Positions 17,287-26,251 of a DNA stretch of 64,000 nucleotides are shown piece by piece. The stretch's first letter is position 1. Every line of letters begins with the position of its first letter. The notes below the pieces were generated by a model. The model had not been told where the DNA came from, did no database searches, and was given only the letters and a program-made list of their open reading frames with translations. The stretch lies in IMG/VR virus record IMGVR_UViG_3300027687_000005, one strand, 5' to 3'. Origin of the DNA: an uncultured virus (IMG/VR IMGVR_UViG_3300027687_000005) (Duplodnaviria; Heunggongvirae; Uroviricota; Caudoviricetes). Made by a program: the position numbers and the translations under genes.

Positions 17287-17970
17287 ATGCGAAAGAAATC
17301 CACTTACAAACGTAAGCAGGAGGATGTTGAGGTTGTGCGCGGTCCCCGTGTGCAGCCTCTGCTACCCATGAACCCTGCTCAAAAGAACTACATGGACTGT
17401 ATCTCTCAGTACCCTCAGACATTTGTCACAGGGCCTGCAGGTACAGGTAAGACCTACATTGCTGCAGCCGTAGCTGCGGATATGTTCCATGCCCACAAGA
17501 TACACAAGATAATCTTAACTCGCCCTAACATCCCTGCAGGTAAGTCTCTTGGTTTCTTTGCGGGGACTATCGAGGATAAGATTGCCCCATGGGTAGTCCC
17601 CTTGACTGAGGTCTTAGAGGCACGACTAGGTAAAGGTAGGTTCGAGGTTGCCCGTAAGCGTGGTGACATTGAGATTGTACCTTTTGAAGTTATGCGTGGA
17701 CGATCTTTCAACAATGCCTTCGTCATCCTAGATGAAGCACAGAACCTAACACCCCATGAGATGAAGATGTTCCTGACCCGTATCGGTGAGGATAGTAAGG
17801 TCATCGTCAATGGGGATGTAACTCAGCATGACCTATCAGGCACCAGTGGCCTGCAGGTTGCTATAGACCTTATGCACAAACACAACATCCCTGCAGCTCA
17901 CTGCAACTTCACTCATGATGACGTAGTTCGCTCTGGCATCTGTGCCATGTGGACCCGCGCCTTTGATTAG
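17287..17970 (+). CDS. phoH: PhoH-like ATPase
   Basis: GPAGTGKT, MRGRSF, LDEAQN, TRIG, GDVTQ.D, DVVRS. Confidence 0.95.
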   Translation: MRKKSTYKRKQEDVEVVRGPRVQPLLPMNPAQKNYMDCISQYPQTFVTGPAGTGKTYIAAAVAADMFHAHKIHKIILTRPNIPAGKSLGFFAGTIEDKIAPWVVPLTEVLEARLGKGRFEVARKRGDIEIVPFEVMRGRSFNNAFVILDEAQNLTPHEMKMFLTRIGEDSKVIVNGDVTQHDLSGTSGLQVAIDLMHKHNIPAAHCNFTHDDVVRSGICAMWTRAFD

Positions 17971-17982
17971 GTTGCACCTTAG
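17965..17982 (+). promoter_or_regulatory. putative phage RNAP late promoter
   Basis: GATTAGGTTGCACCTTAG directly before the structural operon. Confidence 0.7.
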
Positions 17983-17998
17983 AGGATTAGAATAAACA

Positions 17999-18175
17999 AT
18001 GTTTCCCTTTATATCTAACGAACTACTAGATGAACTTAATTCCCGCTTCCCTGATAAGGCTCCTGAATACCTTGAACAGCACAACATGCTGATGTGGAGA
18101 GGTGGTCAGCGTTCTGTCGTAGATTTTCTAACAACAATTCACGCAGAGCAAACCGCTGCGAACTTAGGAGAATAG
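17999..18175 (+). CDS. 58-aa protein at the T7 gp6.5 position
   Basis: Own translation MFPFISNELLDELNSRFPDKAP..GGQRSVVDFL. Confidence 0.75.
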   Translation: MFPFISNELLDELNSRFPDKAPEYLEQHNMLMWRGGQRSVVDFLTTIHAEQTAANLGE

Positions 18176-18178
18176 CTA

Positions 18179-18424
18179 ATGTGCTTTTCATCACCCACCC
18201 CGCCGCCCCCGCAAGAGATTGCGCCTGCTCCGCCACCTGCAGCACCCGGTGCGCCTAACCCAGTGATGACAAATATGTATGACCCGTCATCCCCTGAGAG
18301 TGGCACCGCTGCAGAGAAGGGCGCACTTGCTGGTAAAGCAGCTGGTACGTCACAGCTGCGTGTGGACCTCGACCCAACGACAACTAATGTTGATAAAGGC
18401 ACAGGCCTTCAAATTAATAAGTAA
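18179..18424 (+). CDS. small virion protein (gp6.7/7.3-like, Pro-rich)
   Basis: MCFSSP start like T7 gp6.7; lies before the portal. Confidence 0.7.
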   Translation: MCFSSPTPPPPQEIAPAPPPAAPGAPNPVMTNMYDPSSPESGTAAEKGALAGKAAGTSQLRVDLDPTTTNVDKGTGLQINK

Positions 18425-18433
18425 GGGGCTAGT

Positions 18434-18640
18434 ATGTGTACCGCATTAGGACTTGGAGCAAAAGCTATCCAGAAAACAGGAGTAGCTCCTCTTGGTATTC
18501 TAGCTGCTGATAAGATGGCAGACAAAGGATTGCTGCCTATTCAGATAGCTAAGGAAGCCGTGACTAAGAAAAAAGAATTAGTTGAAAAGAACATAGACGC
18601 CCCCGAATTATTGGGTGCTGGTTTACAGGTAATGAAGTGA
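18434..18640 (+). CDS. small putative virion protein
   Basis: MC start; GLQ(I/V).K C-terminus shared with the upstream ORF. Confidence 0.65.
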   Translation: MCTALGLGAKAIQKTGVAPLGILAADKMADKGLLPIQIAKEAVTKKKELVEKNIDAPELLGAGLQVMK

Positions 18641-18648
18641 GAATTTAA

Positions 18649-20202
18649 ATGAGTATGGGAACCGCTGAACAGCGTTACCGTCAACTCGAACAGACACGAC
18701 AATCTTACTTGGATCGAGCCAGAGATTGTGCAGAGCTAACTATCCCATCGCTAATACCGCCAGATGTCCACAATGAGACGAGTGACTTGTATACTCCGTT
18801 TCAGGGCATTGGTGCGCGTGGTGTGAATAACTTAGCCTCTAAACTTTCACTGGCTTTGATGCCTCCTAACTCCCCCTTCTTCCGCTTCATGGTTGAGCCT
18901 TATACTTTAAAAGATATTGCTCAAGATGAGGCTGCTCGTACCCAGATTGAACAACAACTGGGTGAGTATGAACGGGCAGTTATGTCAGAGATTGAAACGT
19001 CTGGAGATCGAGTGGCGGTGCATGAAGCACTGAAACATCTAATCGTCGGAGGCAACGTGCTACTGCAGGTTGGCCCCGAGAAGACCAGAGTAATTCACCT
19101 AGATAGTTATGTAGTATCTCGCGCACCTAACGGTGAGGTTCTAGAGATCGTTACGGTAGAGCATGTCTCACCTAACGCTCTGGATAAAGCGACAGCCGCT
19201 AACATCACTGGTAAGCTCGAAGGTGATGAGAAGACCGTAGAGGTTTACACTCACATTGAGCGTAAGAACGAATTCTATAATGTATACCAAGAAGTCAAAG
19301 GCTCAGTAGTCTCTGGCTCCAAGGGTAAATATAAGAAGAACAACATGCCCTTCCTGCCCCTACGCTTCTCCCGCATTGACGGTGAAGACTATGGGCGTGG
19401 ATTTGTTGAGGAACTCTTAGGTGACCTACGGTCTCTTGAGGGCTTAACTCAAGCCATCGTCGAGGGTGCAGCCGCAGCCGCTAAGGTCATCTTTATGGTG
19501 AACCCTAATGGCACAACGCGAATGCGTACCATCGCACAGGCAGAGAACACAGCAATCATAGAGGGCAATAAGAATGATGTTTCCGTACTTCAAATGGATA
19601 AGTTCAACGATTTCCGAGTGGCCTATCAGGCAATGCAAGGAATTGAAGAACGTCTATCACAGCAGTTTATGCTTCAATCTTCTGTTCAACGTAACGGAGA
19701 GCGAGTTACAGCGGAAGAAATCCGATACCTCGCAGGAGAACTAGAGGACACCCTATCGGGTATCTACTCTATACTCTCGCAGGAATTCCAGCTTCCCTAC
19801 GTTAACCGCAAGATTGAGGTCCTCACTAGGTCTAAGAAACTTCCTAAGCTGCCAGACGATGTAGTTAAACCTACCATTGTTACAGGCATGGAAGCTCTCG
19901 GACGGGGACACGACCTACGCAAACTTGATATGTTTATTCAAGGTATGACGCAGGCATTGGGTCCAGAGGTACTGAAGCAGTACGTTAACCTTCAAGATTA
20001 TATCAAACGTCGAGCAACAGCTCTCGGTATCGAGACTGAAGGCTTGATTAAAACAGAAGAACAAATCGCCCAAGAACAGCAACAGGCAATGCAGCAACAG
20101 ATGATGATGCAAGCAGGACCCGGTGCAATTCAAGAAGGCGCTAAAGCATTAGGAAACTCATATGTTGAAAGCCAAAGACAGCAAGGCGGTGGAGAAGGAT
20201 AG
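18649..20202 (+). CDS. portal / head-tail connector (T7 gp8-like)
   Basis: QGIGARGVNNLASKL, GEDYGRG, RVTAEEIR, ALGRG. Confidence 0.97.
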   Translation: MSMGTAEQRYRQLEQTRQSYLDRARDCAELTIPSLIPPDVHNETSDLYTPFQGIGARGVNNLASKLSLALMPPNSPFFRFMVEPYTLKDIAQDEAARTQIEQQLGEYERAVMSEIETSGDRVAVHEALKHLIVGGNVLLQVGPEKTRVIHLDSYVVSRAPNGEVLEIVTVEHVSPNALDKATAANITGKLEGDEKTVEVYTHIERKNEFYNVYQEVKGSVVSGSKGKYKKNNMPFLPLRFSRIDGEDYGRGFVEELLGDLRSLEGLTQAIVEGAAAAAKVIFMVNPNGTTRMRTIAQAENTAIIEGNKNDVSVLQMDKFNDFRVAYQAMQGIEERLSQQFMLQSSVQRNGERVTAEEIRYLAGELEDTLSGIYSILSQEFQLPYVNRKIEVLTRSKKLPKLPDDVVKPTIVTGMEALGRGHDLRKLDMFIQGMTQALGPEVLKQYVNLQDYIKRRATALGIETEGLIKTEEQIAQEQQQAMQQQMMMQAGPGAIQEGAKALGNSYVESQRQQGGGEG

Positions 20203-20296
20203 AGCCTCTAACGAAGCACCTTCCACGCCTGAGAAGAAGCCGTTGGCTGCTCCCACCATTCTCAAGAAATCAACTCGTACAAGGGAAGATTTTTAA
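20162..20296 (+). CDS. 44-aa hypothetical protein overlapping the portal 3' end
   Basis: Own translation MLKAKDSK..TRTREDF; AGGA upstream; fills the portal-scaffold gap. Confidence 0.5.
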   Translation: MLKAKDSKAVEKDRASNEAPSTPEKKPLAAPTILKKSTRTREDF

Positions 20297-20299
20297 AGC

Positions 20300-20995
20300 A
20301 TGAGTGAAAGCATCACAATCGTATCAGACGATACTGGCCCAGAAGCACCCGTTGCCGAGGATAACCAAACTGAACGTCCTGAATGGTTACCTGAGAAATT
20401 CAGCTCTCCCGAGGACCTAGCGAAATCCTACAGCGAACTAGAAAAGAAGCTATCTGCCCCTTCAGATGATGAAGCCCCAGCAGAAACAGAGGCACCTAAA
20501 AGTGAACCCGTAAGCTTCAATAAGTTCTCTGAGGAATTTGCTGGCTCTGGAGAGTTGGGTGAGGAAAGCTACACAGAACTTGAGAGTATGGGTTACCCCA
20601 AAGAGATGGTGGACACCTACATCAAGGGAATGCAATCCGCACAGACAGCAGATGCAGACGCAGTGATGGAAGTCGCTGGTGGGAAGGAAGGCTATGCCGA
20701 CCTAACCGATTGGGCTAGAGATAGCCTCGATACAAAAGAACTTGAACTCTACAACCAGATGGTTGGGACAAGCACAGATAACGCTAAGATGGCAGTCGAA
20801 TGGCTACAATCTAAGCGGGAAGCAATGGATGGCTCTGAGCCTCAACTGCTCTCCGGTAAGTCATCTGGCGCATCCAAAGATGAGTTCCGTAGCACAGCGG
20901 AAGTTGTAGCTGCAATGAAAGACCAACGATACGGCAAGGACTCTGCGTACACTAAGGACGTAGAAGAGAAGCTAGGTAGGTCTTCGGTATTTTAA
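20300..20995 (+). CDS. capsid scaffolding protein (gp9-like)
   Basis: RPEWLPEKF..LAKSYSELEKKL, AMKD.RY.KD.AY, acidic. Confidence 0.92.
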   Translation: MSESITIVSDDTGPEAPVAEDNQTERPEWLPEKFSSPEDLAKSYSELEKKLSAPSDDEAPAETEAPKSEPVSFNKFSEEFAGSGELGEESYTELESMGYPKEMVDTYIKGMQSAQTADADAVMEVAGGKEGYADLTDWARDSLDTKELELYNQMVGTSTDNAKMAVEWLQSKREAMDGSEPQLLSGKSSGASKDEFRSTAEVVAAMKDQRYGKDSAYTKDVEEKLGRSSVF

Positions 20996-21004
20996 AAGTA
21001 CCTC

Positions 21005-21040
21005 TGGCGGGGGTGTCAGGTATTAACTGCGCCCCCGTCA
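21005..21040 (+). other. GC-rich hairpin in the capsid leader
   Basis: TGGCGGGGGTG / CGCCCCCGTCA stem with no U-tract. Confidence 0.55.
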
Positions 21041-21190
21041 ATTCCTATGACACGAGAACATCTAGCACACCTCTTTAGGTGGCTGAGACTATCAAAGATG
21101 AACGACTAGGCCGGATGCGTCCGACAACCGAGACAAGTAGTAAGCGACAGTCATTCTCAATCTAAATCAATTCTTCATAGGATAAAGAAA

Positions 21191-22156
21191 ATGACCAATG
21201 TAACCGCATCACGCTTAGGTGTTGTCAATAAGGCGACCCCCGGTGATAACGCAGCAGCCTCGGCTCTGTTCCTTAAAGTCTTTGCTGGTGAAGTTCTCAC
21301 CGCCTTCGACGAAACTAACGTAATGAAAGACCTGCATGTCTCACGCACAATCGCGTCTGGCAAGTCAGCCTCTTTCCCAGTGACAGGTAAAGCCAACGCT
21401 GCTTACCATGTTGTTGGCACCCCTCTGTTGGGTACACAGAAAATTGCACATAACGAAATCGTTGTTAACATCGATGACGTTCTGATTGCTGATACATTTA
21501 TTGCAAATATAGATGAGGCCAAGAACCACTATGATGTCCGTGCTGAGTATTCCCGCTTGTTGGGTATGGCTCTTGCCAAGCAGTTTGACCTGCGCTTGCT
21601 TCAGTTAGCCGTATTGGCTGCTCGTGGCGCTGCGACTGTAACTGGTGGTAACGGTGGTACTGCTATCACTGATGCAGATGCTGCAACTAACGGAGCATCT
21701 TTGGCTGCTTCTATCTTTGCTGCTGCTCAAGCTATGGACGAGAAAGACGTTCCTGAGAATGACCGCGTAGCGATTGTTCGCCCTGCTCAATACTACCAAT
21801 TGGTACAAACAACTGATGTCATCAACCGTGACTTCGGTGGTGCTGGTGTATACGCAGACGGTACAGTTCTTAAAGTTGCTGGTGTTCAGATTGTAAAATC
21901 TAACAACATCCCATCAACAAACATAGCATCAGCTGTAACTGGTGAGAACAACACTTACCACGGTAACTTCTCAACCACAGTTGCTGTAGTTATGCAGAAG
22001 CAAGCATTGGGTACTGTCAAATTGATGGACCTTGCTGTTGAGCGTACTTCCGGTGACTTTGAAGTAATGTACCAAGGTACACTGATGGCTGCTAAATACG
22101 CCATGGGCCACGGTATCTTGCGTCCTGAGTGTTCAGTAGAAATCAAATCTGCTTAA
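21191..22156 (+). CDS. major capsid protein (gp10-like)
   Basis: ALFLKVFAGEVLTAF, RTIASGKSASFP, YAMGHGILRPE. Confidence 0.97.
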   Translation: MTNVTASRLGVVNKATPGDNAAASALFLKVFAGEVLTAFDETNVMKDLHVSRTIASGKSASFPVTGKANAAYHVVGTPLLGTQKIAHNEIVVNIDDVLIADTFIANIDEAKNHYDVRAEYSRLLGMALAKQFDLRLLQLAVLAARGAATVTGGNGGTAITDADAATNGASLAASIFAAAQAMDEKDVPENDRVAIVRPAQYYQLVQTTDVINRDFGGAGVYADGTVLKVAGVQIVKSNNIPSTNIASAVTGENNTYHGNFSTTVAVVMQKQALGTVKLMDLAVERTSGDFEVMYQGTLMAAKYAMGHGILRPECSVEIKSA

Positions 22157-22164
22157 TTTCTTTT

Positions 22165-22199
22165 TGGGTTGGCTCTTAATTGGGCCAGCCCATTTTTTT
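22165..22199 (+). terminator. T-phi-like terminator after the capsid gene
   Basis: TGGGTTGGCTC / GGGCCAGCCCA stem followed by T7. Confidence 0.85.
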
Positions 22200-22214
22200 C
22201 TTTATGAGGACATC

Positions 22215-22802
22215 ATGACAAAACCAACGTCCATGACTGAATTAGAAGCAGTCAACGTCCTGCTAACGACAATCGGTGAAGCACCTGTGAACACCCTGAC
22301 GGGTAACCAAGTGACTGATGTGACTATTGCTAACCAAGTGTTGACCGAGGTGAGCCGTGAGGTCCAAGGCCAAGGCTGGCACTTCAACACTGAAGACCGA
22401 GTTAAACTTAGCCGTGACGAATTTAATCACATTGCGATACCCGCAGATGCGGCCCGTATAGATACCCCCGACTTTAATACTGTAGTGCGTTCAGGTAAGT
22501 TGTTTAACCTGACTGATCGTACCTATGAATTCTCAGGCACCGTCGAGGCTACCATAGTCTACTATCAAGACTTTGTAGTCCTCCCAGATGTCGTGAAGAA
22601 ATACATCACAACACGCGCATCCCGCATCTTCTCTGATCGTATGATTAACAGCGAGACTATCCACAAGATGGTTGCCCGAGACGAACAGAAGGCCCTCATA
22701 GACCTCAAGGACTTTGAAGGTGACACAGCGGATTTCAATATGATGGACAGTTACTCTGTAGCCCGTGTCCTGAACCGTGGACATAACCGTAGGATACTCT
22801 GA
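22215..22802 (+). CDS. tail tubular protein A (gp11-like)
   Basis: TELEAVN.LL..IGEAPV, QGWHFN. Confidence 0.93.
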   Translation: MTKPTSMTELEAVNVLLTTIGEAPVNTLTGNQVTDVTIANQVLTEVSREVQGQGWHFNTEDRVKLSRDEFNHIAIPADAARIDTPDFNTVVRSGKLFNLTDRTYEFSGTVEATIVYYQDFVVLPDVVKKYITTRASRIFSDRMINSETIHKMVARDEQKALIDLKDFEGDTADFNMMDSYSVARVLNRGHNRRIL

Positions 22803-25156
22803 TGGGAATGATAAGTTCTGCCATCCCCAACCTAATCCAAGGCGTTTCACAGCAGTCACCTACACTTCGTCTGTCATCTCAGGCAGAGCTGCAGGTTAAT
22901 GCGTTTCCGTCTTTGGTTGAGGGATTACAAAAGCGACCACCGCTAGAATATGTGGCTAAAATTAGTGACTCCGAAACCACGGGGTCCTTCACACACTTGA
23001 TTAACAGAGATGTAAATGAACGATACTTCATGTTCATCAATGCTAGTAATCAAGTTTCTATCTATGATCTGGCAGGTAACCAGAAGACAGTGGCATATCC
23101 TAATGGCACAGCTTATCTAAATAGTACCACTCCTGCAGCTGACTTCAGGGCTGTTACGGTTGCCGATTATACTTTCATAGTTAACTCAACACAGACCACA
23201 GCTATGGAGACAGCCCTTACCCCTCTCTACCCATTCACTGGTTTGATTGCGGTTAAGCAGGGTGACTACAACCAGCGGTTCACTGTGTTTCTAGATGGTG
23301 TTGAGGCTGCAAACATTACAACGTCTGCCACTGACCAAGTCCAAACTAGGACAGATGACATTGCTACGCGATTAGCTACAGCAATCGATGGTCAATCTAA
23401 TTTTACTGCTCGGGCTGATGGTTCGACTGTAGTAATTACTAAGACAGGTAACGCTACTTTCGACATGGCTACATACGACAGTTTAGCTGACCAAGGTCTA
23501 TCCCCCACTTCTGGGACAGTACAGCGTTTCGACGATTTACCTGAGACAGCTCCTGAAGGGTATATAGCTCACATTCAGGGTGACCAGACAAATGACTTTG
23601 ATGATTACTATGTTAAGTTTGTAAGCGACAACGGCTCACAGAGCAGCGTTGGTCAGGGTACATGGATAGAATGGGTTAAACCCGGCATTACCTATGAAGT
23701 TGATGCTGCAACCATGCCTCACCTATTGATCCGTCAATCTGATGGCTCCTTCACGTTTCAAGAAGCTAACTGGGGTGACAGGGCTGTAGGTGACCTAGTA
23801 TCTGTACCAGACCCATCGTTCATAGATCAGAAGATTTCAGATGTGTTCTTCTTCCAGAACCGTCTAGGTGTCCTGTCGGATGAGAACGTAGTCATGTCGA
23901 GAACGTCAGAATACTTTGACTTCTTTGCAACGACTGCGAGGACCCTACTGGATAACGATCCAATTGATGTGGCTGCTAGTCACACCAAGGTGTCCACATT
24001 GAAACATGCTATTCCGTTTGACCGGAAGCTATTGCTGTTCTCAGATCAGACACAGTTCATTCTCAAAGGTGCTGACTTCATCACGCCTAAGAATACATCG
24101 ATCAGCCAGACAACTGAGTATGAATCCAGTACAACCTCTAAGCCTGCAAGTGCTGGCAGTGTTGTGTACTTCCCAGCTAAACGGGGTGGCTTCACATCAG
24201 TTCGTGAATACTACGTTATCGATGATACTGACCGATCAGATGCTCAAGACATTACATCCCATGTGGCGAAGTATGTCCCTGATGGTGTCTACAAGATGGA
24301 AGCAAGTACAGCTGAGAATGCTCTAGTTTGTCTGACTTCCCAGGATACCAGCTCTATGTATATTTATAAGTATCACATAGCAGGTAGAGAGAAGGTACAA
24401 TCTGCTTGGATCAAGTACACTTTAAGTGGCTGCGAGATACTGAGTGTCGAGTTCATTGAGAGTTCTCTTTATGTGGTAGCAAATAAAGCAGGTAAGACTG
24501 TTCTATTTCAGATTCACTTTGATGCTGGGCGCTTCGATGTAAATCAACTCTATGTAACACGCCTAGATGGTAGGATGACAGAAGCACAGGTAACTAAAAC
24601 TTACTCTAGTGCAGCTAACCAGACTACAATCACAACGCCATTCGCACTGACCTCTCCCGTAGTTGTACGTCGAGGGGCATCGCAGGGTGTGGTGTTACCT
24701 ACAGTATCCGCTAGCTCGACTACAGTCGTCGTAGCAGGCGACCACACAGCCACTGAGTTCTATATTGGTGAGCGTTATACAATGACATATGAATTCTCTC
24801 AGCCCACCCTAAAGGAGCCTACAGCTTCCGGTGGACGGGTAGCAATTACAGGTGGTCGATTACAGATTAAGCATTGGCTACTTCGATACCAAGACAGCGG
24901 TGACTTCGTTGTGAAGGTACAGCAACGGACCAGCTCCACATCTCTAGACTATGTATTTACAGGTCGAGTGATTGGTAGCGGTGCGAGTACGCTGGGTTCT
25001 ACTACTCTGTCATCAGGAGACTTCAGGTTCCCTGTTATGTCTAAAGCCGAGAATATTCGGATAACCATTGAGAGTGCTAGCCACCTCCCCTGCCAGTTCC
25101 TATCGGCTGAGTGGGAAGGTCAGATGCACCTGAGAAGCAGACGAGTTAATGGATAA
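22802..25156 (+). CDS. tail tubular protein B (gp12-like)
   Basis: IPNLIQGVSQQ, GLQKRPP, TMPHLL, FFQNRL. Confidence 0.95.
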   Translation: MGMISSAIPNLIQGVSQQSPTLRLSSQAELQVNAFPSLVEGLQKRPPLEYVAKISDSETTGSFTHLINRDVNERYFMFINASNQVSIYDLAGNQKTVAYPNGTAYLNSTTPAADFRAVTVADYTFIVNSTQTTAMETALTPLYPFTGLIAVKQGDYNQRFTVFLDGVEAANITTSATDQVQTRTDDIATRLATAIDGQSNFTARADGSTVVITKTGNATFDMATYDSLADQGLSPTSGTVQRFDDLPETAPEGYIAHIQGDQTNDFDDYYVKFVSDNGSQSSVGQGTWIEWVKPGITYEVDAATMPHLLIRQSDGSFTFQEANWGDRAVGDLVSVPDPSFIDQKISDVFFFQNRLGVLSDENVVMSRTSEYFDFFATTARTLLDNDPIDVAASHTKVSTLKHAIPFDRKLLLFSDQTQFILKGADFITPKNTSISQTTEYESSTTSKPASAGSVVYFPAKRGGFTSVREYYVIDDTDRSDAQDITSHVAKYVPDGVYKMEASTAENALVCLTSQDTSSMYIYKYHIAGREKVQSAWIKYTLSGCEILSVEFIESSLYVVANKAGKTVLFQIHFDAGRFDVNQLYVTRLDGRMTEAQVTKTYSSAANQTTITTPFALTSPVVVRRGASQGVVLPTVSASSTTVVVAGDHTATEFYIGERYTMTYEFSQPTLKEPTASGGRVAITGGRLQIKHWLLRYQDSGDFVVKVQQRTSSTSLDYVFTGRVIGSGASTLGSTTLSSGDFRFPVMSKAENIRITIESASHLPCQFLSAEWEGQMHLRSRRVNG

Positions 25157-25613
25157 ATTACTTACACCAACTACGGTGGAAGATATCGACTTCGTTGCCC
25201 CAAGATTAAGAAAAGCAGATTACAATGAGTGTACGGCTTCTACAGGTAAACAACCTCGTGGTGTCCTACATCGAAGTCTTGATCTTGGGGCAATCTCTCT
25301 GACCCTACGCGCGCCTGATGGTAACCGCGTGGGTCTTTGTGGGGTTGTTAATTCTTCCCATATAGAGGGCGCAGGAGTTGTTTGGATGGTCGCAACAGAT
25401 GACATCTATCAGCACCAGACAACATTCCTGCGTAACTCGAAGAGAGCCTTAAAGCATCTCTCTGAGGACTATCTAGTTCTCTTTAACTGTGTAGATGCCC
25501 GAAATTCAGTCCACATCAAGTGGCTTCGTTGGATGGGCTTCACGTTCATCAACAAGCACGAAAATTATGGGGCCGAGAAAAGGCTCTTCTACGAATTTGT
25601 GAGGATTAAATAA
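25149..25613 (+). CDS. gp13-like protein (DUF2833 / GNAT-like)
   Basis: LRKAD..E, N.VDARN..HIKWLRWMGF; synteny. Confidence 0.8.
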   Translation: MDKLLTPTTVEDIDFVAPRLRKADYNECTASTGKQPRGVLHRSLDLGAISLTLRAPDGNRVGLCGVVNSSHIEGAGVVWMVATDDIYQHQTTFLRNSKRALKHLSEDYLVLFNCVDARNSVHIKWLRWMGFTFINKHENYGAEKRLFYEFVRIK

Positions 25614-26240
25614 ATGTGTGAACCAGTGACACTGGCTACCCTTGGCACCACAGCAGCAGGCGTGGGTACAACAGCAGCAGTAGCAGGCACAGCCGCCACA
25701 GCCGCAACTACAGCAGCTACATGGTCTAAAGTAGGACTAGCCGTTCAAGGTATAAGCGCAGGTGCGAAGGTACTTGGAGCAATGGATCAATCCAATAACT
25801 CCAACGCTGCATATGTCCAGAATACCAGAGCAGCTAAAGATGCCTACTTCCTGAAGTCTAAACAATCAAACCTTCGGGTTTTACAAGAGCAGACCCAAGC
25901 ATCTCAGCAGAAGCAAGACGCTGACCTTAAAGCTATGAAGGCACAAGGCACAGCTATGGCAGCTGCAGGTGGCTCTGGGGTTCAAGGCGCTAACGTAGCG
26001 CAACTACTAAATGACTTTGAGCGTTCTGAAGGTGTCCTGACTGATCGTATCAGCCAACGCCTCGAAGGTATTCAGTCACAGAATGAAATGAATAAGCTTG
26101 GCTACCAGAGCGAAGCTATTAACCGCATCGCCTCTATGCAGCCTATTGGGTTTGCCGAGACACTGTTTAACGTAGTTGAACCCATCGCTGGATTTGGCAT
26201 TGATTATGCCGACTCCAAAGCGCGTAACGCTAGTATATAG
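25614..26240 (+). CDS. internal virion protein (gp14-like)
   Basis: MCEP start, Ala/Gly-rich, SGVQG motif; synteny. Confidence 0.8.
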   Translation: MCEPVTLATLGTTAAGVGTTAAVAGTAATAATTAATWSKVGLAVQGISAGAKVLGAMDQSNNSNAAYVQNTRAAKDAYFLKSKQSNLRVLQEQTQASQQKQDADLKAMKAQGTAMAAAGGSGVQGANVAQLLNDFERSEGVLTDRISQRLEGIQSQNEMNKLGYQSEAINRIASMQPIGFAETLFNVVEPIAGFGIDYADSKARNASI

Positions 26241-26251
26241 GGATATAAAAA

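Noticed and set aside
22120..22200. T7 10A/10B-type capsid frameshift
   Set aside because: No slippery sequence seen before the stop, and a terminator follows immediately.
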